Assembly: GCA_009914755.4 (NCBI GenBank)
Contig: CP068257.2
Span: 20,960,001 to 21,024,000, forward strand
Length of the DNA: 64,000 nucleotides
From: the human T2T-CHM13v2.0 reference genome, Homo sapiens
Direction: 5' to 3'
Shown: one piece after another, positions 1 to 13,535 of the stretch
Numbering within the stretch: position 1 is the first letter of the stretch
Layout: every line of letters begins with the position of its first letter
Program-made: the position numbers and the translations under genes
Notes under the pieces: model-generated
What the model saw: only the letters and a program-made list of their open reading frames with translations
The model's database searches: none
What the model was told of the DNA's origin: nothing

Positions 1-789
1 CTTTGAAAACCATATTAATTATTTGTGGATCTAATACATTTAAGTCTATCTAGAGTAAACATGCACACACACATATGTATAATTAAAACATTACATAGCC
101 ATCCTGGTGGGAAATAGCTAAAGCTGAGCACAGAATAAGAGTAACAGTATTAAATATTTTTGTTAATTTAATTTTGTTTAAATAAACTCATGAATTTCAA
201 CATTTAGCAAAGAAAGACAACAAAGACTATTACAACCTAAGAAAGCAAAGGGGGCATAAAGCAAAGGGAGGCAATTAAACATAAAGGTAGAAAATAGCCA
301 ATTAAAGGCAATAATGTGATAGAAACCATATAAAAATTGAAATGCGGTTATCTGATAATCAAAATATTAGCTAACAGCCAACAAATACATAAAAATGCAA
401 CACTCAAAATAAGAGATGGTTATTAGGAAACCACAACATATACAAATAATTAAATAATCGAAAGATTCCTTTGCCCAATGCTATTTAATAAATTTAAGGA
501 TCAGAATTAAATGGATAAAACTGTAGAAAAATAGAACATAGGAAACTTGGTAAAGGAACTCAAATATAAAACGGTGTAGTTAAAGTGACGGGTCATAACT
601 AAATAAATTCATTTTAACCACAATGCAAAATTTATCTTAAGCAGAAAAGGTTTTCAATATTTCACCTTTTTAATACCCTTGATGCAATTTAAATATTCAA
701 TTTCAATTTATTATTTCAAAAATTATCGTTCCATGCAAAAATGTGAGTGTTTTATTACCCTATATTTTTTCAGAAACTGATAGTTATGA

Positions 790-1150
790 ACTGAATTGTG
801 CCCCTCCCTCAAATTCATATGTTGAAACCCTAATCCGTAATGTGACTATATTTGGCCATAAAACCTCCAAAGAGGTAATTAAGGTCAAATGAGGTCACAA
901 AGTTGAGGCTCTAATTCAATATGACTAATGTCCTCATAGAAAGAGGGAGAGACACTAGACATGTGACATGTGAGAATATAGTCAGAAGGTGGCCATCTGT
1001 AAGCCAAGGAGAGAGGCCTCAGGATAAACCAAATGTCTAGACACTTTGATCGTAGACTTTCAGCCTTGGGAACTTTGAGAAAAAAATATATATCTGTTTT
1101 ATAAACCATACAACTGGTGATAATTTGTTATGGCAGCTCTTGCAGACTAA
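790..1150 (+). mobile_element. MaLR-type solo LTR (MLT1/MST-like)
   Basis: Reads like the MaLR LTR consensus theme (…tgtgcccctccctcaaattcatatgttgaaaccctaatcc…ggtaattaaggtcaaatgaggtcac…tgtgacatgtgagaa…aaggtggccatctgtaagccaaggagagaggcctcagga…agactttcagccttgggaactttgagaaa…ttttataaaccatacaactggtgataatttgttatggcagc). Family assignment is from memory. Confidence 0.45.
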
Positions 1151-2379
1151 TATGCTGATAATAGAATTCAATACAAATCGCATGCCTTTTGAAATGTTTA
1201 AAGTTCAGCCAGTCATATTCAATTATGATTGATATTATTTTCCTAGGTGGAAATATAATACTCTTACATTGGAATATATAATATTTAGCACTAAGTGTGA
1301 ATGCATATTTTAAGAGAGGGTTACAATATTGAGGTACCTATTTAAGATAATAATACTGGACACTTTCTACAGTTGTTTAATATTATTTTCTCTAAGTTCA
1401 ATTATTTTTATTTAGGGCAAACTGGAACTGCAGTACTATTCTAGATTACCGGGATTTGTTGTTTCAATAAAAGCAAAAGAGCTGCGTTTGATCTAACAAT
1501 GTTTAGTGAGTGCCTTCTATATATCAGACTTCGCTCTAGGCACTAAAGACATAGCAGTTATTGAAACTGAGTCAGTCTCTGCTTCAGTATAACTTGTATG
1601 TAATGGGGAGACATAATGATAATTACATGATGTATCAGCTGGTGCATAAGCACTGTGAAAAAAAATCAAACAGGATAAAGGGAACATTTGGAGTGCCACT
1701 TTTTGGTTTATAAGGGACTCCTTAGAGAAAGTGGCATCTGAGCAGAAAAATACATTATTCCCTTTATATTTTATCATCACTTGAGTTGTATTATTTGTTA
1801 GTGGGAATAATTGTGCCAGAGACTGTTTCAATATGACATGACCAATCAGAATATCCAACCTTCCTAGAGTGTTTTCCCAAACTGTGACATGGAGTGAACA
1901 AGAGTTGCCAGATTCTTCAGTTGCTCCCCAATTTGCCAATACGATTTGGGGAAAAAATTTAGATCATGTGTTTTAGGGCCTTAGTTATCCAGAACAGAAA
2001 ACAAATATCTTGAGGCTAGAGATTGTGCTTTCATGTCCAGTTTTAGTTCTCATATCTTCCTTCTGAATAGATAAGAGGATATGAAAAATAAATTAAATTA
2101 ACTGGTAATAAAAAAAATGATAGAAATTTCTGCATCAAGTTTATTAACAAAAAATATTTTTGAATCTTATGATAGTGTGTTTCAGAGGGAAGACTTAGAA
2201 AACGGGAAAAATAAAAAAGAACAATGGGTTTGGTGAAAGGAAAATTTCTGCACTGAGAATGAGTTTAGATTACATGCTTGCTAAGACAGCTTCTTCCTTT
2301 AAGAGTCGCAGAGGTAGATAATGGAGAGGTAGAGAAAAGAGACGGGGAGGGATGAGAGGGTAGGTGGGAGGAAGGACAA

Positions 2380-2612
2380 AGAGAAGTGGCTTAAAGGGTA
2401 CAGACATACAGTTGGATGGAAGAAAAAAATTCAATGTTTGATAGATGTTTAGGGTGACTAGAGTCAAACAAAAATATATTGCACTTGGAAGGCGGACACC
2501 CTAAATACTATGACCCGATCACTGTGCATTATATACATGCAATAAAATCTCACATGTACCCAATTTACTTGTAAACACTTTTTTAAAAAAATAATTAAAT
2601 AAATGCTTGCTG
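2380..2612 (+). mobile_element. Possible old L1 (L1M/L1PB) 3' UTR fragment
   Basis: Ends …cacatgtacccaatttacttgtaaacacttttttaaaaaaa, resembling the terminal motif of old L1 3' ends (cacatgtaccc…ttaaaataaa). Weak, diverged match. Confidence 0.3.
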
Positions 2613-3189
2613 CTTAAAAAAGGAAAAAAATTGAAAACGTTATTTTGAAGACTTGTAGCCAAGAAAAATTAGAATTTAGCTGAAACTGTAGAAAATAATA
2701 AAAAGCAAAAACAAAATTAGGCAAACTAGAATCTAATAACAAATGTACTCTAGTTTTGAAACAATGTTTTCTCTCTCCAGTCTCCCATTTCTACTAAAGA
2801 AAAATCATGGTAGGACTGGTTTGCATTATCATACTTGGTCTAATTATTAGTATACAGTGCAGCAAGAATAATTATTTTTTACATAGGCTTTTAAATTGGC
2901 TTTGATGGAACTTTGTTCCATAGGAGGAATCTCAGATAAGACATTTTTAAAGCCGGGCCCAGTCATGGATTTGCGCCATCAAATATCCATGAGTGGGGTG
3001 AATTTCCTCTCCTCTTAAGGTTCCAAGATCAACGTGTAGCTTCTGTGCCTGTCAGAAAGTGACATTCTTTACTTACCACGGGTCAGAAACCCTGTACAGG
3101 GACTGTGTACACAAAATATGAGGCAAATTTTTCCAAAGGCTTTATTGTCTCCATAAGTCAGGTTTGATTCCTTAAAGGAAAGCACACCA

Positions 3190-3529
<340 letters not shown>

Positions 3530-4480
3530 CTACAAATGAAAACAGATTCTTATTGCACTTATGCAAATAACTGTATTGCCATAAGTTAAGAATACTCAGA
3601 GTTTCCAAATTCTGGAGAAATCAGGTAGAGAGAAACAAATATGCTCCAAATTTTGTTCATGGGAGTATACTAAATTATTAAAAGCTGTCATTAGCTCGAA
3701 AGAAAAGTTTCAAGATGCTGAAATACAAAACAAAAGATCAGCAATGTTTTAAACAAAAAGTCAAAAGGATTAGTCTATGTAGTTATTCCATGTTCTGCTT
3801 GATACTCATGAACATTTTAGCTCTCCATGAGTCCTGAAAGTTTTTCCTCTATTCTGATGTCATAATCTCCAAAGTTATCAGAAACCTGCATTCAAGAACA
3901 CCTGTTGAAGTTTTATAGCTGATTATAAAACCACCTTCTAAGGAGAACTAAAGCAAGACAACAATTATCCACGAATGAAAAAAAAATGGTTTTAAGGCAG
4001 CCATAGTCAAAAGACACAATTGACAAAGAAACCTATTACCTCTGTGGCACACAACAATTTTAACATAACAATTATGATAATTACTGATAATTTACACTAA
4101 GTTTTATCAGAATTAGGAGTTTCCCATAATTTTGGAACATATACCAATAAAATATTTATACAACTACAGCACCCCCCCACAAAAAACACCATTTCATATT
4201 AGATAATGCTTCCTGTATAATTTTTATACCAAATAAGCCAAATCATGTCATTTTTGGATTTTAGGGAACCTAATATTTTAAAGGATTAATTAGATTAGAA
4301 AAAGACATAATTTATAACTTGATTTTGGAAAGTCTGAAATGTAAATGGTTTAAAATACTTGATATTACAAAATAGGATTACAGATCATTGTAAAGTCATT
4401 TATTTAACCAAAGTGATAATGCAAGCATTTCAAAAAAGAAAAAAAATTTTATTCTTTGAGAGAGGAGACTTAATTTTCTA

Positions 4481-4808
<328 letters not shown>

Positions 4809-7800
4809 GAAGCATGAAGACAATTATATTTGTTTTTCAAAATTTTGCAAACAATCTATAAAGTTTAATCCTGATTATCAAATGTAACTTCTGTAAGCCT
4901 TTTATAACCTTTATAACCTTTATTAAGTAGTTGGTTAATGCTTAAAGAAAAACTTGTTAATCTGACACAGGAGTCCATATTCTAATTTTTCATCAGTCAG
5001 CCTTTGATACTAATGATTAATTTATAGAGGAACTAAACTTATTTTATCTTCCTAAAATGGCCCTTACAATTTTACATGCCCACTACTTCCACGATAGTCT
5101 CTGGGCCTTGAGGAGTTAAGTAGCTTTAACTTCTTGTCCTGTGTCTCAGGAATGCAGTTCATTTAGATTGGCATCTTCTATGGGACCTGAAGATGAGGCT
5201 TTAATTGCTGGCCATGTTGAAGAATTAGCCGGACTTGGTGTCCTTTTTAGACCCAGGAGTTAAAGCTCTGTAACTCAATGTTACAAGGACTTTGAAAGCA
5301 TACACAGGGAGATACATGTATGTAATAACCTTAATTTAAAAAAAAAATTATCTCGGTTGTTATTTTTTCCTAAGCAAACCAAAACTTAATAACATGATAA
5401 CTTGATTATATAAAAGCATATTTTTTCTATATAAATTATCTTATTCTGACTTACACTGAGCCTTCATGATATGATTGGATTTTAGGGTTTGCTCTGAACA
5501 TCCCTCCTTTATAAAAAAACAGTTGTTTTAGAACTAAATTTACTACACAAGATTTTTTTACATATAAAATTATTTCTCTTTTAGCTTTTTACCTCAAAAA
5601 AATACTTCTATATTTTTATAACTTCCTTTACATCTTTTTTTATTTCTTGGTTCCTTTTACCTTGTTTTATATATAACCTTTAAGTAAGTTTTGAATTAGA
5701 CAAAACTTGTTCACCTTGTTTTTTAGCAAGAATGTTTTTTCCTACAATATCTATTTATTAGAAAATACCCAGAAAATGAAATAGCTATTATTTAATTTAA
5801 TATTACTTTATATTCTAAATTATGTCCAGTTTGTCTATAGGTATTTATCCCATTACATTTACCTAATTTTTTAATATTAATTGTTTACCTAGATTATTTA
5901 TGAAAACTGTGATAGTCGTGATTTAAAGTTATGAGATCACCATTGCCAAATTATAACTGAAACAGTGAAAAAAGATTTGACCTAACTGACTCCATTTTGC
6001 TCTTAACTTCCAAGCTGTCGTTGTTTATTCCTGGGCAGAGGTCAAACTAACTTTGGGAGGAACTTAGTTTATAGTTCACACTTTAGCATTGAAACAAGGC
6101 TATGAAACAGTCCTTTCCCAACACAAACCTCCTTATTGTCTGTGGACTAAACTGCCTAAAGCCACAGGATTAGAAGTTATAGTAATCTTACTAAATTCAA
6201 GATGCAGCTATTTGTATTAAACCTATATCAATGTCTTATTTATTAAAAATTACAAAAGCAAAGATCATCCTGTTTTGGGATGGGTTTATAGTTTTGTAAC
6301 CCCTACGCCAAATTTTGACATCTTATAGTATTGAATAGGAATAATTATGAAATTGTTTGATTAATAAATGTAAACACAAACATATGCTGCCAATTCTTAA
6401 GACATTTCTCATATTATTTTACCAATAATTTTAAAGCTAGCTTATTTATTAAATATTTTACTTGTTACATAAAATTGAAAAAGCATTTGACTAGTCTTTT
6501 CTTTTTCAGTATCTGATTTAAGCACTTTTATTTTTCTTTAAGCCAATTATTTAGAGCTCTTTTATATATTTTTAGCAGTGAAACATTCTGTACACAACAC
6601 ATGAAAGCATATAAAGACATATTACGCGTGCCAATGAAAACACATTTTATAGATTTATAAATACCCCCTCTTTTATTTATTTATTTATTTTTTTGCTATC
6701 ATAGACTTTCAGATTCTTGATAACCTGTTTGACAATGCTAAGCACCTGTCAGCTAAGTAGCCTTACATTTGCACAATAAAGGAAACAGCTCAGGTGAAAA
6801 TCAGAGAGAAAAAGTCTGGTGGTGCTAGAGGGAGACGCTTTTACAGAGTTCCTTTTTTTTTTGAAACAAAGACATTTCTGAGTGTCTAAACTACATTCTT
6901 CCTTAAAAACCCAGGAGTAGCTTCTGTTGCAATAACTGTTTTAGTCAAAAAATGAGGTGAAAAGTTAAGCTGACTTTTAACCATTGAGCTCCTTAAAACA
7001 ATTTTTTTTTAAATCTTATTACAGTATTTCAGCTAGGACAAAATGCTGCTAAACGAACAATGATCACACAAATTATACGATTTCTGAGCGCTCTAAGGGT
7101 AAGCAGAAATTAACACCAGCTGGTTGTTAATGCTAACTTTAGGCATTTAAAAAGAATTTGCAAGACAGAATCCCAAACCAGTTTCTTACCTATTGATGGT
7201 TCTCAGGTTGTACACTGCTCTCTACCATGCTAGAGCAGGAAAAAGAAACTCGTTTTTCCTGTTGGAAGTAAGCTCTGCCTCCATAAAGGAGTTACCTGCC
7301 TTCCATCATCATGGAAGAAAGAAAACCTTACCTTCCTTGTTGGAAGCAAGTAAAACTCCAAAAAAGGAGGAGTTGTACAGCAAAATAAACTTTAGATCTC
7401 GACCAAATTTTGGGACATCAGAACAAGCACTAATAGGAGATTTGTCAAAGATCAGGGGCATCTCCATTCAGAATCCCTCCGTGGTTACCAAAATGTGAAC
7501 CCAGAAAATCTGAGACAGATCTCAGTTAATTCAGAAAGTTTGTTTTGCCAAGGTTGAGGACACATCTGTGACACAGCCTCAGGAAGTCCTGATGACATGT
7601 TCCCAAGGTTGGGGCGCAGCTTAGTTTTATACATTTTAGGGAGACATGAGACATCAATCAATATATGTGTACATTGGTTTTTGTCTGGAAAGGTGGGACA
7701 ACTTGAAGCAAAGGCAGGAAGACTTGAAGCAGGGAGAAAGTCACAGATAGGTGAGGCACAAATGGTTGCATTCTTTTGAGTTTCTGATTAGTCTTTCCAA

Positions 7801-8603
7801 AGGAGCCAATCATATATGCATCTATGTCAGTAAGCAGAGGGGTGACTTTGAACATAATGGGAGGCAGGTTGGCCCTAAGCAGTTCCCGGCTTGACTCTTC
7901 CCTTTAGCTTGTGATTTGAGGGCCCCAAGATTTATTTTCCTTTCACACCCATTTACTTGTACAAATTAAAAAATAACTTAAATGTTTGCTGTTTTCAACT
8001 AGAAAAGAGGTTATATAATCTCTTCCTCTAAATTTCAAACTCTGTCATGGAACTCACAGGCAGAAAGGTCAGCAGATACAAGGGGCCCTGCTCACTCAGC
8101 CTCCTGTGAATGGGAGACCTACGTAGGCTCTATGCACTGCTGGTCATGGTATGGGTCTGTGGTCCAGCAGACCCTTCCCTACCATAGTTCTACCTTCTTG
8201 AAATTCAAGGGCATGAGTCACCTTGTCATTGGGTGCCCATCAATGACATTCATTACCAAAGTGTCCGCACTTATCTGTCATCTGTTTAGAGACTGTTGGA
8301 AATATCTGGAGACCTTGAAGAGAAGTGAGATTGAGCTGTAGCCCAATGTTGATCATCACACATCTGTGTTAAATACAAGTACACTCTTGGTGTGTAGCCC
8401 TTAAAATTATATTTATGCAAATATGTTTCTGTATGTTTATGGAACTCATGCCTTTAAATATTGGAAGCTGAACATAATTTCTAAAAGCCATGTATGTAAA
8501 AATGTAATATTTCAACGTGTCTACAAATTAAGACATAATTTTACTATAAAAATTGCAAGTTGAGACTGTCCTATTCTCAAAGTAATTTGAAAATAGTAAC
8601 TTT

Positions 8604-8881
<278 letters not shown>

Positions 8882-10619
8882 TTAAGAAAATATAAAATGT
8901 ATATATAACCATGAATAGTATTGTTAACTATTACAGAAAAATATTGTACCAAGAATTGCAGCTACATTTAAAGTTAATAATGTTCTTTTATATTTAGAAC
9001 CATTTGCTGGGATTTAATCATGAATAAAACTCACAGAAATAAAAGTTTTGTTACAAAGTAATAATGTTCTTTGAAGGTCCAATTATTTCTTACATAGGAT
9101 CCTTCCATGTCACATATTATGACTGAGAAATATCACTCTAGTCCTCTTATGAAAACTTATTTTAGATAACAGCCTTTGAAAGAAAAACACAGAAAAGCAA
9201 CTGAAACTAGCTTAGTAACATGGAATGTTAGAGGTAGAGCCAGTGGAATCAAAGAATGGGATGAGCAGGAAAGAGCTAATCCTCAAAGTACTGGCTTCAA
9301 GGCAGTTGATGTCCATCTGTCATCTATGCTGTATGCATCTGACTTAGTTCTTTCTGGCTGCATATTTGCTTCCTAAATACCTTGGGAATGTGAGCACCAA
9401 CAAGTGCAATTTAGCACTCGTGGGTGCCAAGTGACTTAATTTAAAACCATTTAATTCTTACTATCACAGAAGGACTCTTGATATTGTTATTCACAGTGAA
9501 AGTATTCCAGTGGAGGGAAAAATATCTATTGGCTTGTTAAGGTTAAAACTCACCAAAGATCACTGAATGAATTGTGGTTGGCTCTGTAAGCAAATACTAG
9601 GAAAGATTAGGTTCATTGTTTACTCCAGGGGTAAGTCAACTATAGCTAGAGTTGTGTAGTTAGGGAAGGATTAGATCCCATTTTCACCAAGTATTTGGAA
9701 AAAAATGAAAGGTGGTCATGATAAGAGAAGGGCTCTGGTCAAAAGGGAATATGATAGTTCTCCATAACGGCTAGACAATAATATGGAAGCCAACTCATTT
9801 TTTTTAACATTGTAATAAAAAAATTCATATTAATTTTAAGCAAAAAGAAAAAATAAACCATATCAGTTTGTCTTATCTCTGAACTCTCGAGCTATGCCAG
9901 GCAATACATTCCATTACATGTAATGTGCCTTGTAGCATTTGAAAATGTACTCCACGTTACACACCATGTTTTTTCAGCATTGCATTTACACCTCAACATT
10001 CTGCTTCTTTTCCTCCTCGGTGAACTCTGGCTTGATATTACATCCATTAAAATCGATGCCAAGGATCGAGCAAAATCCTCTAGCTATGGAAAATAAACAC
10101 GAATTAGATTGGAAGAATGGATCAATCACTTCTGTACTAACTGTATTTATGTTTTCATACTTTGAATTTTCACTTATCTTTGTGGCCACATCAGTTTTCA
10201 TTTTTAAATTTTAGGTAAGTTATTTTATATACCATTTGTTTATATACTAAATTATTTTCTTTATTTTTATTACATAAAATATTATCAAGCCAGATCTAGA
10301 GTTAATTGGATATATTTTTAACAGAAAAATTTTGTACCAATGTAATTGTTTTAATCTATTACTCTCATCTTTTGAGTTTTTATATGTTCATTTACTTTCA
10401 ATTTTATTCTTTTACCATTTAGTCTTTTCCTATAATTTTATTTTCAAGTTTTATGAGTAAGACTTGTAAATTTAAATTTCAAAACTTGGCTGAGATCAAT
10501 ACTTTAAGTTTATCACCTTCTACATAATATGTAAGTGTTATAAGCTTTATTTCAATGAACCAAATCCATGTTTAACCCAATTTTATTTATTTTAGCATAT
10601 TAAACATTTTGAAGTATTG

Positions 10620-10865
10620 TACTGCATGTTCTCACTTATAAGTGGGAGCTAAATGATAAGAGCACATGGACACATAGGCAGAACAACACACACTGGGGCC
10701 TACTGGAGAAGTGGGGAGGAAGAGGATCAGGAAAAATAACTAATGGATACCAGGCTTAATAACTGGGTGACAAAATAATCTGTATAACAAACCCCCACGA
10801 CAAACATTTCCCTATGTAACAAACTTGCACATGTACCCCTGAACTCAAAATGAACATCTAAAAAG
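10620..10865 (+). mobile_element. L1 3' end fragment (older primate L1)
   Basis: catgttctcacttataagtgggagctaaatgataagagcacatggacacataggcagaacaacacacactggggcctactgg…ccctatgtaacaaacttgcacatgtacccctgaactcaaaatgaa matches the L1 3' UTR terminal region. Confidence 0.55.
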
Positions 10866-11682
10866 ATATATATTTACATACACACACACACATATATAAT
10901 TTCATGAATGTTATCAGTTTATAGCAGTATATGGTAAATCTACGTATATATTTTAATCTATGCTGGATTCTAGTGACCACTTCTTTTTCTAAGTATTTAA
11001 ATTATATATAAGATATACCAATATCATATATTTCATCATATAAGTTTCATCACATTGAGCTATAATTCAAAGAATTTGCTGTGTTCTATTACCTGTGAAT
11101 AAATTTCCTGTTTATATTTTGGCTAGCTACGCACTACTCCTCAATTACTAATACAATTGGCTCTTGCACAATGCGGAAGTTAGGGAAACTGACCTCTGCA
11201 CAGTTGAAAATCCACATATAACATTTGACTTCCCCAACTGAACTAATGAACTACTAATAGCCTATTATTGACCCAAAGTCTTGCATATATACAGTTGATT
11301 AATACATAATTTGCATATGTATTATATATGGTAGTCTTACAATAGAGTAAGACAGAACAAAATAAAATATTGAGAAAATATTAAGAGATTCCTAAGAAAG
11401 ATAAAATATATTTACTGTTTATTAAGTGGAAGTGGGTCATCATAAAGGTCTTCATTGTCATTGTGTTTGTGTTGAGTAGACTGAGGAAGAGGAGGAAGAA
11501 GAGGGATTGGTCTTGTCTCAGAGGTGGCAGGGGCAGAAGAAAATCCGTGTGTAAGTGAACCCACACCTTTCAAACTCGTGTTGTTGAAGGGTCAACTGTA
11601 TAATACAAAGAGGCATTCTGCAATCACATGTGTAAGCTATTTAAAATACTGGAAGTGAAAAAAAAAAGAAAAAAGAAACAAA

Positions 11683-11986
11683 GGCCAGGCGTGGTGGCTC
11701 CCGCCTGTAATCCCAGCACTTTGGGAGGCCGAGGCGGGTGGATCATGAGGTCAGGAGATCGAGACCATCCTGGCTAACATGGTGAAACCCCGTCTCTACT
11801 AAAAATACAAAAAATTAGCTGGGTGTGGTGGCGGGCACTGTAGTCTTAGCTGCTGGGGAGGCTAAGGCAGGAGAATGGGGTGAACCAGGGAGGCAGAGCT
11901 TGCAGTGAGCCGAAATCACACCACCGCACTCCAGCCTGGGCGACAGAGCGAGACTCCGTCTCAAAAAAAAAAAAAAAAAAAAAAAA
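11683..11986 (+). mobile_element. AluY-like, full length, young
   Basis: ggccaggcgtggtggctcccgcctgtaatcccagcactttgggaggccgaggcgggtggatcatgaggtcaggagatcgagaccatcctggctaacatggtgaaaccccgtctc… with most CpGs intact and a 24 nt A-tail (11963-11986). Direct repeat aaaatactggaa[g/a]tgaa at 11643-11660 and 11983-12000; the left copy is separated from the Alu 5' end by a 22 nt A-rich spacer. Confidence 0.95.
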
Positions 11987-12845
11987 TACTGGAAATGAAG
12001 TAATTTTTTTTTGAGCGAACAAAGTTTATATCAAGAAAAGGGGTAAATATTTAAAAACTGAGTTTCTCAAGTAGTGTCTCCCTTTCATTCTCCTTGCAGA
12101 TAAACTTTCAAACCATAGAATATTTCTCCACGACCTGAAGAATCAGGATCAAGCTCTCAAAATTCCTCAGTGAGTCTTTCTGACAGGTCGTAGGGATGAC
12201 CTCTTGAACATGGCCAAGATGTTTTGGTTGCTCATCCTATCATGATGTCCTGTCCATCTTTCAGAAATGGAACCCATATTGATGGATTCAATGTAGGCAA
12301 AATTCCACTATCTACCAGATAGCTGTGCGTTCTTCATTTTTCAGGGAGAAACAGGGTTGTAGATTAGAATATGGTACAGCAAATATTCACCTCCTCTCCC
12401 ACTCCCAGTTTCCTGGAAAGAATATGCTTCCTGTCTCTTTGATGCTGAGCTTAGTTCTGTGACTTGTTTTGGCCTCATAGTAAGTAGAGCATGCTGTCCT
12501 GTCTCTTGACCTGGGCTTGGCGAAACATTTAAGTTGCTTTGGCCAATGGGGTGTTAGCAGACATGATGCAAGACTTGAAACAAGGTTGCATTAGTTTCAC
12601 TATAGCAAGAACAAGCCTTGAGTAAGCTCTTGTTTAAGGAGGAGGACACAGGCAGAGAGTACATGCTAGATCTGGCTTGTAGCCAAGGCAACTGAGTCCT
12701 AAACGACCCACAGATATGGGACAAATAAATGGAAAAAAAAAAAAAGTTTGCTTTTCTTCATTTGTTTTTTAATCATTGCTTCTCCAGACAAGATTTTTGT
12801 TCAGCCTTTGCTAAGTACATTCCTCCTGACTATAACAAGGTTATT

Positions 12846-12930
12846 ATCTTTTTTTAATATATGCTTTAAGTTCTGGGGTACATGTGCACAACACGAAGGT
12901 TTGTTACATAGGTATACATGTGCCATGTTG
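12846..12930 (-). mobile_element. Short L1 3'-terminal fragment
   Basis: tttttttaatatatgctttaagttctggggtacatgtgcacaacacgaaggtttgttacataggtatacatgtgccatgttg is the reverse complement of the extreme L1 3' end (…catggcacatgtatacatatgtaacaaacctgc…gtgcacatgtaccc…aaagtataa…poly-A). Confidence 0.5.
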
Positions 12931-13194
12931 TGAAATAAATTTTAATTTGGAAACATGACTTAAAATAGTGAAATCATCTGTTCTAAATTACTGCTTTAAT
13001 GTGTCTTGAATTATGAGTTATAATGTTTATTTTATTCAGCTTTCAGGTACTTTTCATTTGTAGAGTAAATGGCATTAATTAACAGTAGTTGAGAGTTTAG
13101 TAGCATATCTCTCGGTTTTCTAAAATTATGCTACCATTTATTACTTACAAAAAATAATTCATATGTATCCAGTAATGCCTATTTTAAACTTTAT

Positions 13195-13535
13195 TTATTA
13201 TATAATATTATATATTATATATTTTATATATTATATATTTTTATATATAAAATGTATATTTATATATTGTATATTTTATATATAATATATAATATTATAT
13301 ATAATATAATATTATATATTTATTTATTTAATAAATTATTATATATTATTAATTATATATTTAATAATTATATAATTATTAAATATAAATATAAATTATT
13401 TAATTATATTTAATAATTATATAATTATTAAATTAAATATAAATATAATTAAATTATTATATATTTAATATAATATATATTTATTATATAATATTATATA
13501 TTATATTTAAACTTAATTTATTATAAAATTACAAA
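13195..13535. repeat. AT-only low-complexity / minisatellite block (~340 bp)
   Basis: Pure A/T sequence made of (TA)n, (TATAA)n and repeated ~23-mers (taataattatataattattaaat at ~13351 and ~13400), with many short palindromic segments. Confidence 0.9.

Noticed and set aside
1-700. Possible very old L1 fragment in the first 700 bp (A-rich, …aatgcaacactcaaaataagagatgg…)
   Set aside because: I could not align it convincingly to any part of L1 ORF1/ORF2 by eye, so it is left unannotated rather than guessed.
1517-1939. Longest non-repeat ORFs: 140 aa (minus strand) here and 141 aa at 20421-20846 (minus strand)
   Set aside because: No recognisable domain or family and no splice or initiation context. 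The composition and length are within expectation for chance ORFs in AT-rich DNA. There is no supporting conservation that I can assess.
9939-10214. 91 aa + strand ORF ending exactly at an ag|gtaagt consensus donor (10214/10215), with an antisense 71 aa ORF overlapping
   Set aside because: The ORF terminates with an in-frame TAG formed by the same …ttag|gt… bases, so it cannot continue into a downstream exon in that frame. The peptide is low-complexity (F/S/I-rich) with no recognisable similarity. The donor-like hexamer is probably fortuitous.
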